A DNA stretch of 64,000 nt, from positions 1,120,001 to 1,184,000 of the forward strand of contig OY776215.1 in the NCBI GenBank assembly GCA_963675495.1, read 5' to 3'. The number at the start of each line of letters is the position of its first letter. Positions within the stretch are counted from its first letter, which is position 1. The position numbers were made by a program, and so were the translations under genes. Shown here piece by piece: positions 41,667-49,849 of the stretch. The notes under the pieces are model-generated. The model was not told the origin of the DNA, made no database searches, and saw nothing but the letters and a program-made list of their open reading frames with translations. The DNA is from an uncultured Methanolobus sp. GTDB lineage: Archaea; Halobacteriota; Methanosarcinia; Methanosarcinales; Methanosarcinaceae.

Positions 41667-42680
41667 TCACCCCTGCTTGGACTGTGTACTTACGTGAACG
41701 ATCTGTGGTTCACTCGTAGCAGGTACTTTTGACCTCATTGGATCTCTAAGCCTTACAAGCCTCTTTGAAGGTCCAGGAATACTTCCTTTAATGAGGACAT
41801 ATTCACCACGGATAAGACCGTAGTTGATGAAACCACCTGTTGGAGTAATCTCTTCCCCATCGGTACCTACCTTCAGGATACGCTTGTTGTATTCAGTTCT
41901 CTGGTGGTAACCCATCTGTCCCATCTGTGGCACTGTCCATCTGACAACTGCTGGATGCCATGGACCAAGCGTACCGACCTGTCTGAGACTTCCCTGACGT
42001 GAGTGCTTGTTCTTCATCAGGTTGATACCCCATCTCTTTACAGGACCCTGGGTACCTTTACCGGTTGTGATAGCTGCCACGTCTACAAATGTACCTTCAT
42101 CAAAAACATCACTGAGCTTTATCTCTGAGCCGAGTAGGGACTTTGCATATTCGAACTTTGCCTTTACATCAGACCCACTGACTGCGGTCTCCATTATGTC
42201 AGCGTTCTTTTTAGGAACACCTGTCAGTTTCTTTGGTAAAGTGTAAGTTATCACTTTGATGTCCGTAACATCGCCTTCATCGATCATGCCCTCGATCTTT
42301 GCAAGAGCAGATTCTGTATTGGATGTCTTTGGCAATGCAATTGTCTTTCCAAGACTCTCATCAAGGTCTGCTGCCCAGGCTTCGGAAAGTGCTTTGTCAC
42401 CATACGTAGAGCTTGTGTAGGCACGGACTGCAGCAACACGAACAGCAGGAGTTTCTACAACAGTTACAGGAACTGAGATCTCCATACCTTCTGTGAGGCT
42501 GTATTTTACGTCATCTACCATTACCACATGAGTCATACCCACTTTGTAACCTGCAAAATCCTGAAGCTTTGGTTCTCCAGCAGCTTGTGGCCATGAGTTA
42601 AACCTTGGTATGTGGCTTTTTGCTCTTACGCGTGGACTGAAAGCGAGTGATCCTCGTTTTGGTCTGTGTCCTTTTGCCAT
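41667..42680 (-). CDS. rpl3: 50S ribosomal protein L3 (uL3)
   Basis: [39 protein letters not shown]. Confidence 0.97.
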   Translation of the reverse strand: MAKGHRPKRGSLAFSPRVRAKSHIPRFNSWPQAAGEPKLQDFAGYKVGMTHVVMVDDVKYSLTEGMEISVPVTVVETPAVRVAAVRAYTSSTYGDKALSEAWAADLDESLGKTIALPKTSNTESALAKIEGMIDEGDVTDIKVITYTLPKKLTGVPKKNADIMETAVSGSDVKAKFEYAKSLLGSEIKLSDVFDEGTFVDVAAITTGKGTQGPVKRWGINLMKNKHSRQGSLRQVGTLGPWHPAVVRWTVPQMGQMGYHQRTEYNKRILKVGTDGEEITPTGGFINYGLIRGEYVLIKGSIPGPSKRLVRLRDPMRSKVPATSEPQIVHVSTQSKQG

Positions 42681-43080
42681 TATTATTCTCCTAATTTAAC
42701 ATTTTCTTCTTGAGGGTCAATACAATTTTGCAAGACCCATTACGCGAGAAAGTCAGGCAGGAACCACTAATGAATAAGAAGTAGATGTAATGTCAGCGGA
42801 CTCCACGTACTCACATGGTACGCATTCAACACTAACTCTTACGCCCTTCCAGTCATCAACGGACCTTAGTATGCCCATGGGCATTACTGAGTGGTCATCT
42901 CGAAAAGATTTAAACACTTCAGTATTTTATCACATTTTGTGTAAGCGGGCATTCTCGAAGAGGCCCAGTTATACTTCATGTTAAATCCGACTTTTTCGCA
43001 CTGTAATCTTAATTCAGTCAAATAACCATATTTCAATGGAATCTAACGTGCGCCTTTAAACGGACATATTGTATATAAAC
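42681..43080 (-). promoter_or_regulatory. Promoter and long structured 5' leader of the rpl3 superoperon
   Basis: TATA-like GTTTATATAC at 43080-43071; ~370 nt without a credible ORF; hairpins at 42862-42896, 42806-42822 and 42947-42966. Confidence 0.5.
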
Positions 43081-43351
43081 CCTTTGCAAGCAAATGGACG
43101 AAAATAAAACAGTATAGAGTATCAGAGCACCATAATCCAAATGCAAATGAAAAGCATAGGACTGCATTATAATAATACACTACACCACAACTACAAACTA
43201 CAATATAATACTACCCAATAAAATCAAAAAACGCATGAAAGTTAAGAAGATTATTAAAAGTAGAAAACGGATATATACAGAAAGTCTCCTGACAAATTTT
43301 GGGAAATAGACAAAGATCAATCACATAGATAATAATTAAGGGAGTAAAAAA

Positions 43352-44215
43352 GTGGAAATTAAAAAAGCCGTGATACCTGTAGCAGGGCTGGGAACCAGGT
43401 TCTTGCCGGCAACAAAGTCCATGCCAAAGGAAATGCTGCCAATCATCGATAAACCAGTGATCCATCACGTGGTTGAGGAAGCTATCGCCTCGGGGATCGA
43501 TGACATCATATTCATAACCGGAAGAAGTAAAAGATCCATAGAGGACTACTTTGATGATTCCCCAGAACTCGAAAGCCACCTCCGGCAAAAGAACAATGAA
43601 AAACTTTTGAAGATCGTGCAGGATATTTCTTCAATGGTGGATATCCACTACATCAGACAAAAAGAGCCAAGAGGTCTGGGAGATGCAATCCTCACGGCAA
43701 AGAAACACATAAATGATGAACCTTTTGCTGTATTGCTTGGTGATGATATCATAGTGAACGAGAAACCATGCACAAAACAGTTGATCGATAACTTCCAGAA
43801 ATACGGCCGTTCAACAATAGCAGTGGAAGAAGTCCCCTTTGAAAAGACAGGCAGTTACGGCATCATTAAAGGTAAGGTATTGGATGACTCACTATATGTA
43901 CTTGAAGACATTGTGGAAAAACCAAAGCCTGAAGATGCCCCTTCCAATATAGGCGCCATTGGAAGGTATGTATTTACACCGGAGATATTGGACTGCATCA
44001 AAGAAACGACCGCTGGAGTAGGTAACGAGATACAACTTACAGATGGTATACGTCTTTTGAAGGAAGAACAGAAGATATACGCATACAAATTCACAGGTAA
44101 AAGATACGACACCGGTGACAAGGTTGAATACGTTAAAGCCATCATCGATTTCGCCCTCAACAACGAAGAAATGAGAGAGCAAATAAAACAACACATCACA
44201 GATATAGATCTGTGA
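43352..44215 (+). CDS. galU: UTP--glucose-1-phosphate uridylyltransferase
   Basis: KAVIPVAGLGTRFLPATK..PKEMLPI.DKP, RQKEPRGLGDA, VEKP, EIQLTD. Confidence 0.96.
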   Translation: MEIKKAVIPVAGLGTRFLPATKSMPKEMLPIIDKPVIHHVVEEAIASGIDDIIFITGRSKRSIEDYFDDSPELESHLRQKNNEKLLKIVQDISSMVDIHYIRQKEPRGLGDAILTAKKHINDEPFAVLLGDDIIVNEKPCTKQLIDNFQKYGRSTIAVEEVPFEKTGSYGIIKGKVLDDSLYVLEDIVEKPKPEDAPSNIGAIGRYVFTPEILDCIKETTAGVGNEIQLTDGIRLLKEEQKIYAYKFTGKRYDTGDKVEYVKAIIDFALNNEEMREQIKQHITDIDL

Positions 44216-44264
44216 TCCTATTTCCCACTTATTAGATTACTTCATTGCAAAATGAAGCAATTAA

Positions 44265-44510
44265 TTATCCAGAGCTGCGCTTCACAACTTTCCTGACAGT
44301 TCTGCCCCTGAAATTAACCCCCCCAACAAGCTGGACACCGGGCTTTCCCTTTATTGCATCTGCATAGTCACCATTGAAAGTGGCTATTATACTCTTGTTT
44401 GCAACAACCTCTACGCGTCCACCCACACCAACAAGGGCTTTTAGAATACCTTCTACCTGAGAAGGGGTTGCATTATCAGCAACCCTTATGATATGTGTTT
44501 CCACAGACAT
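44265..44510 (-). CDS. Small hypothetical protein, alpha/beta plait (peptidase inhibitor I9 / ACT-like) pattern, basic tail
   Basis: 81 aa; HIIRV...QVEGILKAL..VGGRV.....SIIATF....ADAIK..PGVQLV pattern; last gene of a tight operon. Confidence 0.55.
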   Translation of the reverse strand: MSVETHIIRVADNATPSQVEGILKALVGVGGRVEVVANKSIIATFNGDYADAIKGKPGVQLVGGVNFRGRTVRKVVKRSSG

Positions 44511-44515
44511 GAAAC

Positions 44516-45595
44516 TTAGTTCCTGGAAATGGACTTCCTGACTGACGCTATTCTGGCGGCCTGCCTGTCAGATAGCACCGCCCTGACATCATTCGCAGCC
44601 CCTGTGACAGCAGGTTTTGCAGCAATACCGGAAACCGCAGCGAACTCTACCTTAGAAGTGGCTACTACAATATCAATTGCAGTTCCGATGTCTGCATGCT
44701 CCCCGGCAGTTACTGATTGGCTGAGAACCTTACCGGCATTCAAAGCATCAGTTTGTTCCGTCACCTTTCCGGAACGAAGCTTAACAGCTTCCAATGCTTT
44801 TTGAGCAGAAGCCAGATTCATACCTACAATATTTGGCACTTCAACTGAAGTGATCTTTGATATAACCAGATCCACAGCATCCCCCGCTTTTGCAACCGAA
44901 CTGCCAGATGGTATCTGAGAGAGTACTGTCGCCTGTTCAAGAGAACTGTCCTTTTCAATGACATCACCCTGTACAAAACCAGCAGCCTTTATTATAGATA
45001 CTGCCAGGTCCATATCCAGCCCTACAACATCAGGCACATCAATATAATCAGAGAATATGCGTTCTTTAGATGATGAATTTATAGTGAATTCGACCTCGCT
45101 CAGGTTGTCTGCAGGAATCACATCGTCTGCCTTTGGAAGCTGGAAACGTAGTTCATCGTCCTTCACAGCTATATTTGTCCTGAGCTTGATGTTCATGGAA
45201 CTTACGTTATAGTCCACCCTTGAGGACTCCGAACTCATAGACTCATCCATTTGCACAAGGGAATCACGAAAAGCCTTAACGAGGTTTGCAGAAGATAATT
45301 CAGGTCTTGTACGCGAAAGTTGTTCCAGTTTCCTATCACTTTCAGCTTTTTCTTTTAGTATTTCCTGAACCCTGCTGTCAAGGATAGCATAATCCTGTTT
45401 CAACACCAGGTTTTCTTTTTTTAACTGTTCGATTGAATCTGTTTTAGTCATCAGCTCTTTCTCTACAGCCTCAAATTCAGACTCAACAGCCACGATGTTC
45501 TTCTGGAGCAGAGTATAACTCTGTTTTTTTGATGCAGCAGTGGTTGACTTATTTAAACGTTCAATATTCTGCCTTAGTTCCTTAATATCGCTCAT
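44516..45595 (-). CDS. Coiled-coil + hairpin-domain + tandem PASTA domain protein
   Basis: N-terminal heptads (~aa 1-95); two PASTA repeats VPDVVGLD...A...IKAAGF...VLSQIP..G and VPNIVGMN...A...LEAVKL...VLSQSV.AG; GGAGGGG RBS. Confidence 0.8.
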   Translation of the reverse strand: MSDIKELRQNIERLNKSTTAASKKQSYTLLQKNIVAVESEFEAVEKELMTKTDSIEQLKKENLVLKQDYAILDSRVQEILKEKAESDRKLEQLSRTRPELSSANLVKAFRDSLVQMDESMSSESSRVDYNVSSMNIKLRTNIAVKDDELRFQLPKADDVIPADNLSEVEFTINSSSKERIFSDYIDVPDVVGLDMDLAVSIIKAAGFVQGDVIEKDSSLEQATVLSQIPSGSSVAKAGDAVDLVISKITSVEVPNIVGMNLASAQKALEAVKLRSGKVTEQTDALNAGKVLSQSVTAGEHADIGTAIDIVVATSKVEFAAVSGIAAKPAVTGAANDVRAVLSDRQAARIASVRKSISRN

Positions 45596-45611
45596 TCCAC
45601 CCCTCCACTCA

Positions 45612-46019
45612 TTACTCTTCCACTATCCTTGAAGAAGAAGGAACTGATACTATTTTTGCCTTAAGAACGCTTGAGCCCTCTACATCATATGAGTTTAGTG
45701 ATTTGTAAGAAGCATTCAAAGGTGCTGCATTAAGGACCCGTTTATATCCACGTATACGGTTCTTTGAATCTCGTTCTTCCTCATATTTCATGGACAGGGC
45801 CATTTTAAGTTCGATATCAACTTCAGGTATGTGATACCAGGTAGCTTCAAGATCGAACTCCTGAAGCGCTTCATCAGTTGAAAGTTCTATTTGTGTATCA
45901 ATGGAATTACGGTCAAGTGCCCTTTGTGTCTGTGCAATGGATTTTCCCATCTCACTTAATATGGTTGAAAGCGGACTGACAAGAACCTCTTCAATACTTT
46001 CGCTACTATTGGATGGCAA
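45612..46019 (-). CDS. Hypothetical protein, DUF2589-like (paralogue B)
   Basis: Aligns by eye with 46098-46709 over three blocks; TTG start with AAGGAGA RBS. Confidence 0.7.
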   Translation of the reverse strand: MPSNSSESIEEVLVSPLSTILSEMGKSIAQTQRALDRNSIDTQIELSTDEALQEFDLEATWYHIPEVDIELKMALSMKYEEERDSKNRIRGYKRVLNAAPLNASYKSLNSYDVEGSSVLKAKIVSVPSSSRIVEE

Positions 46020-46057
46020 AGTATAATCTCCTTCAATGTTCTGTTAAAAATAAATTG

Positions 46058-46081
46058 TCAATGCAGATATCACTGCATTGA
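46058..46081 (-). terminator. Intra-operon hairpin after the first gene
   Basis: TCAATGCAG-ATATCA-CTGCATTGA perfect 9-bp stem followed (minus strand) by ATTTATTTTT. Confidence 0.55.
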
Positions 46082-46097
46082 TCCAAATATACCTGCC

Positions 46098-46709
46098 TTA
46101 CTCTGAGGAACTCTCTTTGACCCTGACGGTCGGGATAGCTCTCTCTGGTGGTGGCACTGGTTTCAGCGTTGTACGCAGAAGACTGGTACCTGATTCACTG
46201 AAGGTATACTTTGACTTATATGTTGCATCATAGGTCGATGTGTATGCAACATTGGTTGTGTTCTCGTAGCTTACCTTAGCTTTGCCAAATAGAAGACCTG
46301 CAAGACCACCGGACTTGTAGCTTCCACTTATTTTGGACTCGTTGGTGAACTTGAACTCCCTACCATATTTCCTTTCTGTTGAATACTCCTTCTTCATTGA
46401 GATAGTCATTTTGACCTCAATGACAGATTCGGTGAATTCATAGAAACGAGGTTCAAGACCATATGTAAGTAAGGACATGGGTTGATCATTTGTAACCACG
46501 TCTGTAGCAGTTACGTTCCCATCCTCATCTACAGTTTCCTCTATATAGAGAATTACACTCCCAGCTTCCAGCTCAGTCTCTGCAAGGGCCTGTGCAACAT
46601 TAATCGAATTAATGTCCAGAGCAGTTTGTCCCTCTGCAATAGCAAAAGCCATTTCTTTTATCATGTCCCCAAATGGAACATCTAATAGTTTTTGACCAAC
46701 AGATGCCAT
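46098..46709 (-). CDS. Hypothetical protein, DUF2589-like (paralogue A) with long Ser/Thr-rich beta-hairpin
   Basis: PFGDMI..MA.AIAEGQ.ALD..S helix, FYEF....IEVKMTI strand, C-terminal PVPPP; GGAGG RBS. Family name from recall. Confidence 0.7.
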   Translation of the reverse strand: MASVGQKLLDVPFGDMIKEMAFAIAEGQTALDINSINVAQALAETELEAGSVILYIEETVDEDGNVTATDVVTNDQPMSLLTYGLEPRFYEFTESVIEVKMTISMKKEYSTERKYGREFKFTNESKISGSYKSGGLAGLLFGKAKVSYENTTNVAYTSTYDATYKSKYTFSESGTSLLRTTLKPVPPPERAIPTVRVKESSSE

Positions 46710-46931
46710 TAAATCCCTCCAAATTTTTTATACAATATATAATGGAACAGTATACCATATAGACTTTGCTAAAAATATTAACATTATTATAAAAATATAA
46801 TTCTTAATTTTTGACTTCGGAACAAATAGAAATATGCAAAAAACAAAAATAAATTTACAAATAAAGCATGAGTAGAAATATGAGATCCAATAAAGACCTA
46901 AAAAAGAAAATGAAGACAGGATAATCTTAGA

Positions 46932-47528
46932 TTATCCCTGTGTTATGGACCTGCCCATCTCAAAAGCCCTGACATTGATATCAATTGTCTTCTGTGGGAC
47001 AAGCTCCCTGACGCATCCCATAATAGTTTCAACAGATATTGGAAGGTAATTTGAAACTGCACCCACCATGACAACATTCATGGACTGGGGATGTCCTGCC
47101 TCTTTTGCAAGTTCGGTTGCATTGAAGGCTTTTACTTTGTGACTCTGTTTAAGTTTTTCAATGATAGCATCAACATCCGGATAGCTGCAAAGCCCTGAGG
47201 TCACAGTGACCGGAAGAATTGGATCGGTGTTCACTATGATGACCCCATCATCAGAAAGGAATTCAAGATACCTGAGTGCCTCACTTGGCTCTAGTGCAAG
47301 CAATACGTCGGCCCCCTTCATAGGGATCATTGAACCGAGCTCACAGTCAATCCTTATATGATTGACAACTGAACCGCCACGTTGTGCCATTCCATGAGTC
47401 TCAGCTGCACGGACTGACATATCTTCCTTTACAGCTGCCTTGCCAATGATATCAGATGCAAGGATAGTTCCCTGTCCACCTACACCGGCGATGACAAGAT
47501 CGAATTTAGAAATTCCTTCTGCACTCAT
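46932..47528 (-). CDS. iorB: Indolepyruvate:ferredoxin oxidoreductase beta subunit
   Basis: GVGGQGTILAS, ETHGMAQRGGSV, NVVMVGA. Confidence 0.94.
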   Translation of the reverse strand: MSAEGISKFDLVIAGVGGQGTILASDIIGKAAVKEDMSVRAAETHGMAQRGGSVVNHIRIDCELGSMIPMKGADVLLALEPSEALRYLEFLSDDGVIIVNTDPILPVTVTSGLCSYPDVDAIIEKLKQSHKVKAFNATELAKEAGHPQSMNVVMVGAVSNYLPISVETIMGCVRELVPQKTIDINVRAFEMGRSITQG

Positions 47529-49354
47529 TTCTTCACCTCCGAGATGGCATCGAACTTACAAAGAGTGGCGCACACTCCACAGCCTGTGCACATTGAATTG
47601 ATAGATGCCTTTTTGGTATTTGCGTCAAACTCAATTGCAGGACAGCCCAGGTTCACACAAAGTCTGCATCCAACACACGCATCCGCATCGATAGTGAACG
47701 GTTTTCTGCGAAGACCTGAACGTTTTGCATCGATGACACAAAGCTGTCTTGTGATCACAACGGATGTTCCTTTGTAGTCCTTTGCTCTTTTGAAGACCTC
47801 TTCCGTCTGCTTAAGGTCATAAGGATCGACGGTTTCTACAAACTCAGCACCAAGCCCTTTACATAATGCTTCGATTGAAACCTGAACTGTAGGCTCACCG
47901 GTTGCTAGCTTACCCATTCCGGGATTTGGCTGATGACCGGTCATTGCGGTTATTCGGTTATCTACTATAGTTACTGTGATGTCCGCTTTATTATAGATAG
48001 CATTGAGAAGACCATTCATTCCCGTATGGAAGAATGTTGAGTCCCCGATTGAGCAGCAGATAGGTCTCTTCTCTCCTGCCTGATACATTCCGCTTGCCAC
48101 GGTTATACTACCACCCATACAGAGTGTGGTGTCTACTGTACCGCTCTGGATACCCAGTGTGTAGCAGCCGATGTCACTTGGGAAGATAGCATTCTTGCCA
48201 TAGACCTTTTTCATGACATGGAAAGTTGCCCTGTGGGAGCATCCCGGGCACATGACAGGAGGACGCATGGGCAGATCTATCCTACATGCATCATAGTCGA
48301 AATCTTCTGTGACTTCAGAAGGAACAGCCGACGTTTCAAGTCCGAGAACATCGGCAAGAACATCGGCACAGATGTCGGTGTTAAGCTCGAATATCCTTGG
48401 AACAGGGCCCTGCATCTTGCCAATAATTTCCGCACTGGAACCGGTTTCCTGTGCAATTATCCGGACCTGTTCTTCAACCACTGGCTCCATTTCTTCGAAA
48501 ATAATTATACGCTCAGAGTTCTCCATGAGAGTGCGTATCTTGTTCTCAGGAACAGGATATGTTCCAATCTTGAGGAATGATGCATCCACACCCTGTTTGA
48601 TGATGGCTTCCTTTGCATAGACTGAAGCGATTCCTGATGCTATGATACCGACCTTGGCACCCTCACATAGTTCAAGTGAATTCCATGGTGAGTCTTCAAG
48701 CTCAGTCAGGATGTCATTTTGTAATTCAAGCAAATGAACGTGCTGTACCCGAGCATTCTTAGGAACCATGACCCATCTTTCGAGTTCTTTCTGGAAGTCT
48801 GCTGTGGGTTTTGTCTCGTTCACAGGTCCAAGCTCCACATCGGATTTGCCGTGCGAGATACGTGTTGTTGGTCTGAATATTACAGGCATCTGAACCTTGT
48901 TAGAGAAGTCAAACGCATATGACATCATATCCTTGGCTTCCTGTGGTGTGGCAGGATCCAGACATGGAATTAATGAGAATTGTGAATATCTGCGGGTGTC
49001 CTGTTCGTTCTGCGATGAGTGACATGATGGATCATCCGCAACGATGATTACCATACTACCTTTGACACCTGTGTATGCAAGAGTCATCAACGGGTCTGCT
49101 GCTACGTTAAGTCCCACGTGCTTCATGGTGACAACTGAACGCACTCCAGCCATTGCAGCACCTGCTGCCACTTCAAGTGCAACCTTCTCATTGACCGACC
49201 ACTCTACATAAAAATCTCTTTCCAACATTGCTGCCAGAGTACCGATGATCTCAGATGACGGTGTCCCAGGATACCCGGATATGACCTGCCCGCCTCCTTC
49301 AACGATACCGCGTGCAATTGCAACGTTTCCCAGCATGTACTCGCGTGTGCTCAT
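47525..49354 (-). CDS. iorA: Indolepyruvate:ferredoxin oxidoreductase alpha subunit
   Basis: GYPGTPSSEI, NEKVALE, MKHVGLNVAAD, CPGCSH, GDSTFFH, TAMTGHQP, C-terminal ferredoxin. Confidence 0.95.
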   Translation of the reverse strand: MSTREYMLGNVAIARGIVEGGGQVISGYPGTPSSEIIGTLAAMLERDFYVEWSVNEKVALEVAAGAAMAGVRSVVTMKHVGLNVAADPLMTLAYTGVKGSMVIIVADDPSCHSSQNEQDTRRYSQFSLIPCLDPATPQEAKDMMSYAFDFSNKVQMPVIFRPTTRISHGKSDVELGPVNETKPTADFQKELERWVMVPKNARVQHVHLLELQNDILTELEDSPWNSLELCEGAKVGIIASGIASVYAKEAIIKQGVDASFLKIGTYPVPENKIRTLMENSERIIIFEEMEPVVEEQVRIIAQETGSSAEIIGKMQGPVPRIFELNTDICADVLADVLGLETSAVPSEVTEDFDYDACRIDLPMRPPVMCPGCSHRATFHVMKKVYGKNAIFPSDIGCYTLGIQSGTVDTTLCMGGSITVASGMYQAGEKRPICCSIGDSTFFHTGMNGLLNAIYNKADITVTIVDNRITAMTGHQPNPGMGKLATGEPTVQVSIEALCKGLGAEFVETVDPYDLKQTEEVFKRAKDYKGTSVVITRQLCVIDAKRSGLRRKPFTIDADACVGCRLCVNLGCPAIEFDANTKKASINSMCTGCGVCATLCKFDAISEVKK

Positions 49355-49537
49355 GATATTCTCCTGCCAATCCATACTTAATGATTATTGATAAAGATAT
49401 CTAAGAAGATGTTACGTGTTAACATGGGTCAATACATCTTGATTTGTACAATGTCTCAGCAATCACCAAAACAAAAGGTATTTTAATTTATTTTGAAATG
49501 AAAGGGCTTTTATATCCGTTCCACCTATTAAAGCATG

Positions 49538-49613
49538 AAACTATTTTTACAATAGTACCACCCCCCAAACCCCACAAGAACACCGGTGATTTTAACCGGT
49601 GTTCATTCTTTTT
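49538..49613 (+). ncRNA. Candidate small RNA (C-rich single strand + terminator hairpin)
   Basis: TATA-like TTTTATAT ~49508-49515, ACCACCCCCCAAACCCCAC, 10-bp stem GAACACCGGT/ACCGGTGTTC, then TTCTTTTT. Ends are estimates. Confidence 0.4.
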
Positions 49614-49708
49614 GTCAGAAAGTATACTGTTTAGATACGAATAGATGTAATCAAAATTAATTTGCATTAAACATAAATCTGTTTTTCTTAGAACTTGACT
49701 TTGCATCC

Positions 49709-49730
49709 TAAGTAAAGAATCCTTTACTTA
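49709..49730. promoter_or_regulatory. Inverted repeat upstream of proA (candidate operator)
   Basis: TAAGTAAAG-AATC-CTTTACTTA. Confidence 0.35.
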
Positions 49731-49849
49731 AAATATTGAACCACGCCATCAGAATCGACAAATATAAAACCAAAGAACTATGTGCAATATCAATATAAAT
49801 TATATAATACTTATATCACTCTTTTAAAAAACCCAAGGTGGTTTATTTT

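Noticed and set aside
42790-42984. 64-aa plus-strand ORF in the rpl3 upstream region
   Set aside because: No motif or RBS; lies antisense within the probable rpl3 leader.
43269-43279. GGATATATACA, an 11-bp match to the TIR-like sequence
   Set aside because: Wrong side and orientation to pair with the end at 23066, no TSD, and expected by chance in AT-rich DNA.
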